DNA from: an uncultured Pseudomonadales bacterium
GTDB taxonomy: Bacteria > Patescibacteriota > Microgenomatia > UBA1400 > MFAQ01
Direction: 5' to 3'
Length of the DNA stretch: 64,000 bases
Assembly: GCA_964513845.1 (NCBI GenBank)
Contig: CAZENT010000004.1
Location: 13,392-77,391 of the forward strand
Below, in pieces: positions 1 to 8,827 of this stretch; the first letter of the stretch is position 1; the number at the start of each line of letters is the position of its first letter. A program made the translations under genes and the position numbers. Below the pieces are notes generated by a model, which saw nothing but the letters and a program-made list of their open reading frames with translations, had not been told where the DNA came from and searched no databases.

Positions 1-642
1 TCTGGTTCTTTCGGCGATATCGGGTTCGTGAGTAACGATAAGAATGGTAATTCCTTCTTTGTTCAATTCACCAAAGAGAGCCATAATTTCATCACCTGTT
101 TTAGTATCTAAATTTCCTGTCGGTTCATCTGCCAATATTAATTTTGGATTCATAATTAAAGCGCGAGCAATTGCCACACGCTGTTGTTGTCCTCCAGAAA
201 TCCTATTAGGAAAAGAATCTCTTTTCTCATATATTCCGAATCTTTTCATCAGATAGTCGGCGCGCTCGTTAGGGTTATAGTCAAACTTTCTGCGAGCATA
301 TCCCACCGGTAATAAAATATTTTCTTTGATTGTCAGTTTGTTTATTAAATTAAACTGTTGAAAAACAAAGCCGACAAACTCTGAACGCAATGTTGAAATT
401 TGATCATCATTCAATTTTGAGATATCTTTTCCCTCGATCAATACCGTTCCGTCGGTTGGCTTATCCAATAATCCAATGATATGCATCAAAGTCGATTTTC
501 CCGATCCGGACTGACCAATGATTGCCGCATACTCTCCTTTATTTATCTCCAAATCAACATTGTTTAGGGCTGTAAAAATTGTTTCGTCACCCATCACATA
601 TCGCTTGGAAATATTCTTAAGACTAATTACTGTAGATGACAT
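1..642 (-). CDS. ABC transporter ATP-binding protein, MacB/LolD-like (5' part; gene continues beyond window start, probably ATPase-permease fusion)
   Basis: Minus-strand translation from ATG at 640-642 gives [21 protein letters not shown]... with Walker [13 protein letters not shown] signature [14 protein letters not shown] and Walker B ILADEPT. No stop before position 1. Overlaps adaptor gene by 20 nt. Confidence 0.8.
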   Translation of the reverse strand, partial: MSSTVISLKNISKRYVMGDETIFTALNNVDLEINKGEYAAIIGQSGSGKSTLMHIIGLLDKPTDGTVLIEGKDISKLNDDQISTLRSEFVGFVFQQFNLINKLTIKENILLPVGYARRKFDYNPNERADYLMKRFGIYEKRDSFPNRISGGQQQRVAIARALIMNPKLILADEPTGNLDTKTGDEIMALFGELNKEGITILIVTHEPDIAERTR

Positions 643-1657
643 CTTTTTCGTTTAGTCCGGAGATCACTTCTGTGTTTCCATCAATAGTGTCGCCGGTTTT
701 TATCTCTTGTTTCTCTTTGTTTTTATTTCGCAATATAAATACGTACCTCGTGCCATTTTCTGTTTTTACGTAGCTTGCAGGAACGACCAATACGTCCTTA
801 ACTGTTTTAAAAACAAAATTAATATCTCCGGTCATTCCCATTCTGATGTCATACTCCAAGTTAACAAAATCCAAAGCTATTTTTAGTTCATAAACAGTAC
901 CGCTTTCTCCGGCTTTGGGGGTGAAAGAAATTGCTTCCACAACTCCATCAAAAGTTTTATCCTCAAATGCGTCCAGAGTAATAATGCCTTTTTGACCAAC
1001 TTTAAATTTTGTTACTTCTGTTTGGTCCGCTGTTGCCGAAAGGAAAATTGTATTTGGATTTACGACCTCAAAAGTTGCAGTTGCTGGTGTGATATTTTGT
1101 CCGGCTACGGGAGAGTCAACCTTAGTTACCAAACCCTCGATTGGTGTCCACAAATTTGCATACTTGAGAGCGAGAGCTTGAGACTCAACAGAGAGAACTG
1201 AATTGTTTAAATCAAACTGATATTTATCCAAAGTTCTCTTTACGGTAGTTCTTGCTTCATCTGTCATTCCATCAGTCTGCCAGTTTTTATTATCGTCTTG
1301 AGCTTGTTCAAAATCCCATCTAGTTTTGGAATAAGAATTAAGTAACTTACTCATACTGTTTTGCAAATCACGTTTGTCCAAAGATGCCAACACTTGGTAT
1401 TTTTTTACTGAGTCTCCCTCTTTTACACCCACCCAAGTCAAGAGTCCGGAAGTCTGGAAACGAAGTGATACTTTTTCGGATGCGTCAATCTCACCAGAAA
1501 GGGAAAGGCTATCAATCAAATCCTGTCTTTGTACTGTATGGGTTTTTATTTTTGGGTCAACTTTAGGTTTACTTGCACTCCAAACAATCAGTCCACCGAC
1601 AATAAAGCCAATTAAAAAAAGCCACCAAAATTTTTTGAGAATATTTTTGAATTTCAT
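623..1657 (-). CDS. Efflux periplasmic adaptor subunit (HlyD/MacA-like membrane fusion protein)
   Basis: 344 aa, N-terminal TM (WWLFLIGFIVGGLIVW), coiled-coil-rich middle, beta-barrel-like C-terminus. Immediately upstream of, and overlapping, the MacB-like ABC gene. Confidence 0.7.
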   Translation of the reverse strand: MKFKNILKKFWWLFLIGFIVGGLIVWSASKPKVDPKIKTHTVQRQDLIDSLSLSGEIDASEKVSLRFQTSGLLTWVGVKEGDSVKKYQVLASLDKRDLQNSMSKLLNSYSKTRWDFEQAQDDNKNWQTDGMTDEARTTVKRTLDKYQFDLNNSVLSVESQALALKYANLWTPIEGLVTKVDSPVAGQNITPATATFEVVNPNTIFLSATADQTEVTKFKVGQKGIITLDAFEDKTFDGVVEAISFTPKAGESGTVYELKIALDFVNLEYDIRMGMTGDINFVFKTVKDVLVVPASYVKTENGTRYVFILRNKNKEKQEIKTGDTIDGNTEVISGLNEKDVIYSN

Positions 1658-1732
1658 TTAAATATATTTATTGAACAACCGTCAGATTATATACCTTAAG
1701 TATATATCTATCTAAAGCTGTAAAATACAAGG

Positions 1733-2842
1733 ATGATATCTGAATCCCAATTAAATCTGACTGATCTCAAGCGTCGCATCGATGATCTTCGTTCCAAATT
1801 TGATTTGGTCAAACTAGAAGAAGAAAAACAAAAACTCGAGTTCCAGTCTACTGAGCCATCTCTTTGGCAAGATGAAGACAATGCCAAAAGAGTCATGTCC
1901 AGTCTGGCTGAGATTCGTGACATGATTGGCTCCATTGACGGCCTCACCACTGAGTTAAAAAATCTCGATGAACTTCTCGCTCTAGCAACGGAAAACAATG
2001 ACGACTCCATGGATAGTGAAATTATGATTCTGAAGGATACTTTAGAAAAGCATGTGGACAAAGTCGAGCTTGTTACTTTTCTTTCCGGCAAATACGATGT
2101 TTCAGAAGCCATTCTCACTATCAGAGCCGGACAAGGAGGTACCGAAGCAATGGATTGGGCCAGTATGCTTTCTCGTATGTACACTCGATTTTTTGAAAAA
2201 CGCGGCTGGAGTTACGAAACAGTTGAGTACTCACCTGGGGAAGAGGCAGGCCTTAAATCCGTTACTTACATGATTCACGGCCGTTTCGCTTTTGGTTTTT
2301 TAAAAAATGAAAAAGGCACCCATCGTTTGGTTCGTCAATCTCCCTTCAATGCCGACAAGCTTCGTCAAACCTCTTTTGCCGGTGTCGAAGTTACTCCCAT
2401 TCTTCCCGAAGATGCCGATATTGAAATTAGAGATGAAGACATTGAGTTTGAAGCTAGCCGTTCCGGAGGAGCCGGTGGTCAAAACGTCAACAAGGTTAGT
2501 ACTGCCGTTCGCATCAAACATATCCCAACCGGCATTGTAGTTGAGTGTCAAACACAACGCTATCAAGTTCAAAACCGAAAAATCGCCATGGACATGCTCA
2601 GATCGAAGCTTTGGGAAATTCAAGAAGCCAAGCGTCAGGAAGAGCTCAGTCGTATCAAAGGTGTTCAAACTCAGGCTAGTTGGGGAACCCAAATCCGATC
2701 GTACGTTCTTCATCCCTACAAACTGGTCAAAGATACACGCACTGAATACGAATCATCCAATCCCGACTCAGTTCTCGATGGCAATCTCGACGAGTTTATT
2801 GAGGCGGAGCTAAAGTTCTTCGCCCCAACGCGTCAAATTTGA
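1733..2842 (+). CDS. prfB: Peptide chain release factor 2 (continuous ORF, no programmed +1 frameshift)
   Basis: 369 aa with GGQ motif (RAGQGGTEA) and the RF2-specific SPF tripeptide ([14 protein letters not shown]). N-terminus aligns to RF2 across the usual frameshift site without interruption. Confidence 0.9.
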   Translation: MISESQLNLTDLKRRIDDLRSKFDLVKLEEEKQKLEFQSTEPSLWQDEDNAKRVMSSLAEIRDMIGSIDGLTTELKNLDELLALATENNDDSMDSEIMILKDTLEKHVDKVELVTFLSGKYDVSEAILTIRAGQGGTEAMDWASMLSRMYTRFFEKRGWSYETVEYSPGEEAGLKSVTYMIHGRFAFGFLKNEKGTHRLVRQSPFNADKLRQTSFAGVEVTPILPEDADIEIRDEDIEFEASRSGGAGGQNVNKVSTAVRIKHIPTGIVVECQTQRYQVQNRKIAMDMLRSKLWEIQEAKRQEELSRIKGVQTQASWGTQIRSYVLHPYKLVKDTRTEYESSNPDSVLDGNLDEFIEAELKFFAPTRQI

Positions 2843-2853
2843 TAAACTAAAAT

Positions 2854-3399
2854 ATGGATATAAAAATGATTGATCTCGACAAGTCCCCAGAATCGGCCTC
2901 AGTTATCAAAAAGGAGTCTACTCCTCCAGCCTCATTTGTTACCGAAAAAGCACCCAAAATGAAAAACAAATCTCTCGTTCCCGTTATCATCGTTTTTATA
3001 CTCGTTGCCCTTGGTGGCTTTTATAGCGGAGCCTGGCTCAAGGCCAAAAACTCAGGCAAAATTGTTTCTGCTGAGCTATCCAGCATTCAGGCTGACATTC
3101 CCACAACTGGCATCAAGGTTGGCGACATTTTTGGCTCTGCAGATGAAAAAATTTTCAAAGATCCGGCCACAGGCGTCCTCGACAAGGGTGGTTTTAATGG
3201 CGAAGGTACCCACAAACTAGTTCGTGCTGGAGGCGTTTCTCAAACTGTCTATCTCACCAGTTCCACCATTGATCTAGACGCTCTGGTCGGCCATCAAGTC
3301 ACCATCTGGGGTGAAACATTTAAAGGCCAAAAAGTTGGCTGGTTAATGGATGTTGGTCGTGCCAAGGTCGAAGCTTTAAACGCGCCATTACCAAAATGA
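2854..3399 (+). CDS. Hypothetical membrane-anchored protein
   Basis: 181 aa, single TM (LVPVIIVFILVALGGFYSGAWL), no recognisable catalytic motif. Same strand and tight spacing in the prfB-ftsE block. Confidence 0.5.
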   Translation: MDIKMIDLDKSPESASVIKKESTPPASFVTEKAPKMKNKSLVPVIIVFILVALGGFYSGAWLKAKNSGKIVSAELSSIQADIPTTGIKVGDIFGSADEKIFKDPATGVLDKGGFNGEGTHKLVRAGGVSQTVYLTSSTIDLDALVGHQVTIWGETFKGQKVGWLMDVGRAKVEALNAPLPK

Positions 3400-3404
3400 T
3401 GTAC

Positions 3405-3438
3405 TCGTCATCCTCGCGCATGCGGGGATCGATATAAA
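3405..3438 (+). repeat. Conserved intergenic hairpin + TATATAAA motif, copy 1 (TCGTCATCCTCGCG-cat-GCGGGGATC-GATATAAA)
   Basis: Stem ATCCTCGCG / CGCGGGGAT (8 bp including one G-T wobble), loop variable between copies. Located between stop of 2854..3399 and ftsE ATG (3449). Confidence 0.6.
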
Positions 3439-3448
3439 TTGATAAAAA

Positions 3449-4168
3449 ATGATTGATTTTATTCACGTTTCGAAAAGCTACCCCAATGGAGATGTGGTGC
3501 TAGACGACATCGATTTTTCAATCTCACCAGGTGAGTTTGTCATCATTACTGGTAAATCTGGCGCCGGCAAAACCACCATTGGCCGCCTCCTGATTCGTGA
3601 TTTGGTTCCCGACAAAGGCAAAATCATTGTTGAGGGTATTGATCTCACCAAAATTAAGCCCCAAAGTATTCCTCTTCTTCGTCGCAAGATTGGCTTCGCT
3701 TTCCAGGACTTCCGAGTCATTCCGGATAAAACAGTCGGGGAAAACATTACGGTTGCTCTCGAGATTGCCGGTTATGATCCGAAAAAAATTACTGAAAAAA
3801 TTAATCACACTTTATCAATGGTTGGGCTCGCCGGAAAAGAAAATCTTTTTCCCGGTCAGCTTTCCGGAGGTGAGCTTCAAAGAGCGTCCATAGCCAGAGC
3901 CATCGCCGCAGAGCCCCCCGTTCTTTTTGCAGACGAGCCTACAGGCAATTTAGACAAAGAAACCTCTCTCGAAATCTTCAAACTTCTCCAGAAAATCAAC
4001 GACGAAGGCACCACCGTTATTATTGCCACCCACGACATCTCCATCATTAATCTCAACTTTGGCAGTCACATCCACCTTGAAAAAGGTAAGATAGTAAAGA
4101 TAGAAAAACGTAAAGAAGACAAAGAAGATAAGTCAGAAAAAGAAGAAAAAAAGAAGGAGAAAGACTAA
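3449..4168 (+). CDS. ftsE: Cell division ATP-binding protein FtsE with Lys/Glu-rich C-terminal tail
   Basis: Walker A GKSGAGKTT, signature LSGGELQRASIARA, Walker [12 protein letters not shown]. Immediately followed by ftsX. Unusual tail KIEKRKEDKEDKSEKEEKKKEKD. Confidence 0.85.
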   Translation: MIDFIHVSKSYPNGDVVLDDIDFSISPGEFVIITGKSGAGKTTIGRLLIRDLVPDKGKIIVEGIDLTKIKPQSIPLLRRKIGFAFQDFRVIPDKTVGENITVALEIAGYDPKKITEKINHTLSMVGLAGKENLFPGQLSGGELQRASIARAIAAEPPVLFADEPTGNLDKETSLEIFKLLQKINDEGTTVIIATHDISIINLNFGSHIHLEKGKIVKIEKRKEDKEDKSEKEEKKKEKD

Positions 4169-4169
4169 T

Positions 4170-5075
4170 ATGAGTACCGCACTAAAAAACATTCGTCGCT
4201 CACCATATCAGGCAATGTCGGCCATCTTTATCGTGAGTCTAACCATGTTTATCGTCGGCATCTTCGCCCTGGTCACCTTTGCTTCCCAAGAAATTCTCAA
4301 CAACTTCGAAACCAAGCCGCAAATTATTGCTTATCTCAAAGACGGTCACACCACCGATCAAGTTGGTGGTCTATTGGGCTCGCTAAACTCCACTCCCGGA
4401 GTCAAAAAAGCTCTTTACATAAGTAAAGAAGATGCCTTAGAGCTCTACAAAAAGAGTGTTGGCAACGACCCGGTTCTTCTGGGGACTGTTACCGATTGGG
4501 GCATTGTCACCGCCGATATTCTTCCAGCCAGTGTCGAGATCACCGCCCAAAATCCTGAATCTTTCAAAAATATTGCCGCCACCCTAGAAAAAAGTGACAT
4601 TGTCAGTGTCACTCCCTCCGGTAAAAAAGAAATCGACTATCCTCAAGACGTCATCTCCGAGCTTACCAAGTGGACCAATGCCATTCGTATTGGCGGTTTA
4701 GTTTTAGTCATTGCTCTTACTCTAGTTGCCATTCTCACCATCATGACCATCATCTCCATGAAGATTTCTTCCAGAAGATTTGAGATCAGCACTTTCAAGC
4801 TCATGGGCGCCAAAAATTTCTACATCATTAAGCCATATCTTCAAGAATCGGTATTTTACGGTGTTATTGGCGCTTTCATCGGCTGGCTCGGTTGCTTTGT
4901 TACTCTTTTATACTCCACCCCATTCCTAGCTCCGAGAATTGGCTCCATTATTTCGTTCCCCATTTCATATTTGGTCTACCTCATTCTCTTTGGAGTCCTT
5001 ATCATCTTCGGTCTGATTATCTCTTTCCTTTCGAGCCTTTTCGCCGCCAATAGATTCGTCAATCGTTCCAAATGA
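4170..5075 (+). CDS. ftsX: Cell division permease FtsX
   Basis: 301 aa, N-terminal TM, large periplasmic loop, three C-terminal TMs. Position directly after ftsE. Confidence 0.8.
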   Translation: MSTALKNIRRSPYQAMSAIFIVSLTMFIVGIFALVTFASQEILNNFETKPQIIAYLKDGHTTDQVGGLLGSLNSTPGVKKALYISKEDALELYKKSVGNDPVLLGTVTDWGIVTADILPASVEITAQNPESFKNIAATLEKSDIVSVTPSGKKEIDYPQDVISELTKWTNAIRIGGLVLVIALTLVAILTIMTIISMKISSRRFEISTFKLMGAKNFYIIKPYLQESVFYGVIGAFIGWLGCFVTLLYSTPFLAPRIGSIISFPISYLVYLILFGVLIIFGLIISFLSSLFAANRFVNRSK

Positions 5076-6277
5076 AAAAACTATTTTTAGTTTTTGCCAT
5101 TTTGTTTCTTTTTCTATGGATAAAGCCTGTTGTGGCAGTTGAGTGCGACGGGAATCCTCCCTCGGGTGCCGACAAGGTCAATGAAATTCAAGAATACATT
5201 GATAAATGTAATCAAAAAATTACCTCGCTCAAAGGCCAACAGCTCACTCTCCAGCAAACCATCACCACGCTAACTTCCAAAATCAACCTTGCGCAAGGTC
5301 AAATCAATCAAACTCAAGCTCAGATAAATTTACTCGAGAAAGAAGTTAATGTTCTTGATGGGGTTTTGGAAACAGTCAACGATTCCATGGATCAGTTGGG
5401 GGTGATTTACACCGCTCGAGTCCGCGAAAGTTACCGACGCTCTCGAGCCACCCCGGTTGATTTAATCTTTTCGACCACTTCGATAGGAGATTATTTTTCA
5501 AAATTAAAATATCTCAATACCGTCAAAACCAAAGATCAGCTAATTCTCGCTGAGTTGGAAAAATCCAGACTCGATTACGATCAAAGAAAAACAGATAAAG
5601 TTACCAAACAAAAAGAGGTTGAGGCGCTCAAGTCCAAACTGGTCGCCCAAAGAAAAACTTTAGATGCTCAGCAAAAAGAAAAACAAATTCTCTTGGCTCA
5701 AACTCAAAATGACGAAAAGAAATTCCAGTCACTTCTGTCCAAAGCCAGAGCCGAGTTAGAAGCTATCGAAGCTGTTATCGCCGGAAAGGGAACTGAAACG
5801 GAAGTGAGAGAGGTTAAGTCAGGGGACAAAATTGCAAACGTAATTCAAGGGGCTTCGTGTAACTCCAGCGGCTCCCATCTCCATTTCATCGTTGGTCAGG
5901 ATCACGCGGTCAAAAACCCTTTCAATTATCTCAAACCGGTCGATTATGAAAATTGTTCCGGTTCGAGTTGTGGAAGCGGAGATGGTGACACTTTCAACCC
6001 AACGGGTTCTTGGGACTGGCCTCTAAATCCTCGAATTTCACTATATCAGGGATTTGGACTAACCTGGGCCATCAATCACACTTGGGTTAGAAATATTTAT
6101 AGTTCCCATAATGGCATTGATATCAAAAGTGATAGCACTGAAGTTAAGGCTGTTCAGGGTGGTAAACTTTTCCGGGGAAGTTACTCCGGTTCCAATGGCT
6201 GTGCTCTTAAATATGTTCGTGTTGCACACTCAGATGGTGGTCTAGACACCTACTATCTTCACGTAAATTACTACTAG
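5072..6277 (+). CDS. Coiled-coil M23-family peptidase (EnvC-like activator/hydrolase), secreted
   Basis: Signal peptide, long Q/L-rich coiled coil, C-terminal LytM/M23-like region with HxH (SGSHLHFIVGQDH). Classic ftsE-ftsX-envC synteny. 4-nt overlap with ftsX. Confidence 0.65.
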   Translation: MKKLFLVFAILFLFLWIKPVVAVECDGNPPSGADKVNEIQEYIDKCNQKITSLKGQQLTLQQTITTLTSKINLAQGQINQTQAQINLLEKEVNVLDGVLETVNDSMDQLGVIYTARVRESYRRSRATPVDLIFSTTSIGDYFSKLKYLNTVKTKDQLILAELEKSRLDYDQRKTDKVTKQKEVEALKSKLVAQRKTLDAQQKEKQILLAQTQNDEKKFQSLLSKARAELEAIEAVIAGKGTETEVREVKSGDKIANVIQGASCNSSGSHLHFIVGQDHAVKNPFNYLKPVDYENCSGSSCGSGDGDTFNPTGSWDWPLNPRISLYQGFGLTWAINHTWVRNIYSSHNGIDIKSDSTEVKAVQGGKLFRGSYSGSNGCALKYVRVAHSDGGLDTYYLHVNYY

Positions 6278-6324
6278 GTTTTCTTAAGGTAATTTTTCTT
6301 CCAAACTGCTATATTTAGTAAGTA

Positions 6325-7470
6325 ATGAAACAAATCCTGCCCGTGTTGTTTCTTTTAATTTTTTGCTTTTTCCCGAAATCCATTTTTGCCCAAATTTTCA
6401 TCAACGAAGTTAGTCCCATCTCCAGTCCGGAATGGGTAGAGTTATACAACGACTCGGAGGATAATGTCGATATTTCAGGCTGGAAACTAATAGATCTTGC
6501 CAATAATTCAAAAACAATTCCTTCAGTCGTCATCAATGCTCGAGGGTTTTTCGTATACGAAAACAGCAGCGGCTGGCTAAATAACAGCGGTCAGGAATCA
6601 CTTGTTCTAAAAAATTCTGCTAACGAAACAATAGATACTCTTTCATACGGAACGGACGGGATCGTTGGCATACCCTCATCCGATAAAAGCATTGGCAGAT
6701 CTTCAGATGGATCATCATCTTGGGTAAACAATTTAGACTGGACCAAAGGCAGTACCAACTATTTAATTACGACTATCCCTAGCCCTACTGAAACCCCAAC
6801 AGCGACAGAGACTCCAACCTCAAGTCCTACTCCATCCAAATCCATATACAAGATAAACAAACCCAAAGATGAAAATGGCCAAGAACTTTCTAGTGTCGAG
6901 ATCTACGTGGATTCTATTTACACCCATCACAAGGATAACGAAATATTGGAATTTTGTAATGGTTGTTTCTGTGACTCGGGCAAAGCAATTTCTTGCGGGT
7001 ACGGGCAGCACACAATCAAGCTGACAAAGTCTGGCTACTCAGACTGGTCCGAGATACGCAATTTCACTGAGGGTTCAAATCACGAAATCACTCCGATTCT
7101 TACAAAAATCTCCACCCCCACCTCAACAACGTCTACGCAAACTCCAACCTCATCTCCTTCTCCAACTCCTTCCAAAACACTCACGACTGTCATTGCGAGG
7201 AGTACTCCGACGAAGCAATCCCCGACACCAACGACAGTACGGGACTCGATTGTCCTAGGAAGCTCCACCGATTCTGGCACAGTCATTGCGACTCAGTCCG
7301 CTCTTAGCGGAAGCGATAGTGCGGCAATCATAAATAATGAATTAACTCCTTTTCCCGAAATCGAAATCAAAAAGAAAAAACCCATAAATTACAAAAACCC
7401 CTTCTTTATTGGGTTGTTTCTTGCCGCCTCGTCGGGTGGCTTACTATATTTTCGCCATCGAAAAGATTAA
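6325..7470 (+). CDS. Secreted surface protein with N-terminal lamin-tail (LTD)-like domain, Thr/Pro-rich linkers and C-terminal TM anchor
   Basis: Signal peptide. IFINEVSPISSPEWVELYN...ISGWKLID pattern typical of LTD domains. TETPTATETPTSSPTPS and TSTQTPTSSPSPTPS low-complexity linkers. C-terminal hydrophobic segment + RHRKD. Confidence 0.55.
   Translation: MKQILPVLFLLIFCFFPKSIFAQIFINEVSPISSPEWVELYNDSEDNVDISGWKLIDLANNSKTIPSVVINARGFFVYENSSGWLNNSGQESLVLKNSANETIDTLSYGTDGIVGIPSSDKSIGRSSDGSSSWVNNLDWTKGSTNYLITTIPSPTETPTATETPTSSPTPSKSIYKINKPKDENGQELSSVEIYVDSIYTHHKDNEILEFCNGCFCDSGKAISCGYGQHTIKLTKSGYSDWSEIRNFTEGSNHEITPILTKISTPTSTTSTQTPTSSPSPTPSKTLTTVIARSTPTKQSPTPTTVRDSIVLGSSTDSGTVIATQSALSGSDSAAIINNELTPFPEIEIKKKKPINYKNPFFIGLFLAASSGGLLYFRHRKD
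7189..7221 (+). repeat. GTCATTGCGAG-n10-CGAAGCAATC mini-repeat, copy inside the CDS
   Basis: Shares both 10-11-nt end blocks with the intergenic copy at 8305-8340. Internal ATTGC/GCAAT inverted repeat. Confidence 0.35.
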
Positions 7471-7480
7471 AATACAAAAG

Positions 7481-7870
7481 ATGGCTCGAAAATTCGTTAA
7501 ATACACACCGGTTATTATTTGGATGGTTCTCATTTTTTGGATCTCCTCAGTTCCCGATCTACCCTCAAACAAGGTCGATATCCTCGATTTCTTTTTCAAA
7601 AAGACAGCCCATTTCTTGGAGTATGCGATTCTTTTCCTCCTCTGGTACAGAGCACTTGGTCGCAAAAATCCATTTTTAGCCATTGTCTTATCGTTAGTTT
7701 ACGCTTTCTCTGATGAAATGCATCAGCTTTTTGTTCCTGGTCGCACAGGCAGTCTTCGCGATGTGGGTATCGATTTCGGTGGCATACTCCTCTCATCTTT
7801 TTTAATAGTAAAATTTGATTTATGGAAACTACTTTTGTCTCCACATCCTACGAAGAAACTCGCGAAATAG
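7481..7870 (+). CDS. VanZ-family membrane protein
   Basis: MARKFVKYTPVIIWMVLIFWISS... four TM segments, conserved acidic/His stretch FSDEMHQLFVPGRTGSLRD typical of VanZ-like proteins. Start at 7481 preferred over upstream 7409 (which overlaps previous gene). Confidence 0.6.
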   Translation: MARKFVKYTPVIIWMVLIFWISSVPDLPSNKVDILDFFFKKTAHFLEYAILFLLWYRALGRKNPFLAIVLSLVYAFSDEMHQLFVPGRTGSLRDVGIDFGGILLSSFLIVKFDLWKLLLSPHPTKKLAK

Positions 7871-8259
7871 CCGAGAAATTTGCTGGTGATTTCGAGAAAG
7901 GCACTACCATTTGTTTGTATGGTGAGCTCGCTGCCGGCAAAACAACTTTTACTCAAGGAATAGGCAAAGCTTTTGGCATCGAGCGTCTTGTTTCACCCAC
8001 CTTTCTCATCATGCGTCAGTATCCAGTCACCAATCACCCGGTCATAAAAACTCTTTATCACCTAGATTTATACCGTCTGGAATCAGTCGAAGATATCAAG
8101 GCTTTCGATGTAGAAGAGATATGGTCGAGTCCAGAAAATCTTCTGGTTATCGAGTGGCCGGAAAAATTCAAAGACTATTTACCAAAAAACCGCTATGATA
8201 TTTTTTTCAAGGCCAATGGCGAAAACGAAAGAGAAATTAGAATTCAAGAACACAAATAA
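7822..8259 (+). CDS. tsaE: tRNA threonylcarbamoyladenosine biosynthesis protein TsaE (YjeE ATPase)
   Basis: 145 aa. P-loop GELAAGKTTFTQGI, conserved SPTF and HLDLYRL motifs of the YjeE family. Confidence 0.8.
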   Translation: METTFVSTSYEETREIAEKFAGDFEKGTTICLYGELAAGKTTFTQGIGKAFGIERLVSPTFLIMRQYPVTNHPVIKTLYHLDLYRLESVEDIKAFDVEEIWSSPENLLVIEWPEKFKDYLPKNRYDIFFKANGENEREIRIQEHK

Positions 8260-8260
8260 T

Positions 8261-8294
8261 TTGTCATCCTCGCGAATGCGGGGATCTATATAAA
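8261..8294 (+). repeat. Conserved intergenic hairpin + TATATAAA motif, copy 2
   Basis: TTGTCATCCTCGCGaatGCGGGGATCTATATAAA directly after tsaE stop. Same stem as copies 1 and 3, different loop. Confidence 0.6.
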
Positions 8295-8304
8295 CCACCC
8301 CAAT

Positions 8305-8340
8305 CGTCATTGCGAGTTTTGCACTCAAACCGAAGCAATC
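8305..8340 (+). repeat. GTCATTGCGAG-n15-CGAAGCAATC mini-repeat, intergenic copy
   Basis: Shares end blocks with 7189-7221. Lies between hairpin copy 2 and tsaB start. Confidence 0.35.
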
Positions 8341-8361
8341 TCTTATACAATTGTAAATATT

Positions 8362-8688
8362 ATGCGAATATACATCGACTCGACCGACAACACCAAAGCC
8401 ATCATCAGAATTGACGACAAGGAATTCACTCGGCACGTCGAAAGTCCTCGCGATCAAGACGTTTTAGGTTTTCTTTTGCATTGTTTGTCGGAGCAAAACA
8501 TCAAGCCGGAAGACATAGACGAAATAGAAGTAAATCCTGGTCCTGGTTCTTTTACGGGCACACGCGTCGGTGTTGCCATTGCCAATATGCTTTCCTATGC
8601 CCTAGACATTAAGGTAAACGGCTCAATGACGCCTGTAGAGCCAATCTATTCCGCACCTCCCTCAATCACGAAAAAGAAAGATACTTGA
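8362..8688 (+). CDS. tsaB: TsaB/YeaZ-like protein, N-terminal domain only (108 aa)
   Basis: Conserved VNPGPGSFTGTRVGVAIANML motif of the inactive Kae1/TsaD paralogue. ORF stops after ~100 aa, whereas full TsaB is ~230 aa. Confidence 0.6.
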   Translation: MRIYIDSTDNTKAIIRIDDKEFTRHVESPRDQDVLGFLLHCLSEQNIKPEDIDEIEVNPGPGSFTGTRVGVAIANMLSYALDIKVNGSMTPVEPIYSAPPSITKKKDT

Positions 8689-8732
8689 CATTGCTGAGGC
8701 TCATAGTAAAATACGTCCTAGAAGGCATTGAT

Positions 8733-8768
8733 ATATAACCTCCATTTGGTCACTTTGGTTATATGGAG
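8733..8768 (+). promoter_or_regulatory. Hairpin in 5' region of giant adhesin gene (ATATAACC...GGTTATAT / CTCCAT...ATGGAG)
   Basis: Two overlapping inverted repeats (8 bp and 6 bp stems) 60 nt upstream of the 8828 start. Confidence 0.25.
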
Positions 8769-8827
8769 CTAATAGTGAAACCGATCTAAAAAAAATTAGA
8801 ACGGCTAAACTGTAAAACCAATAATCA

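Noticed and set aside
44-256. 70-aa plus-strand ORF at the window start
   Set aside because: Lies antisense to the well-supported MacB-like ABC ATPase gene (Walker A/B and signature motifs on the minus strand). No motifs of its own.
1708-2184. 158-aa minus-strand ORF overlapping prfB
   Set aside because: Antisense to a highly conserved RF2 coding sequence. Ser/Arg-rich composition typical of antisense artefacts.
7409-7480. Upstream extension of the VanZ ORF (start at 7409)
   Set aside because: Would overlap the preceding gene by 60 nt in another frame. The internal ATG at 7481 (MARKFVKY...) gives a typical VanZ N-terminus.
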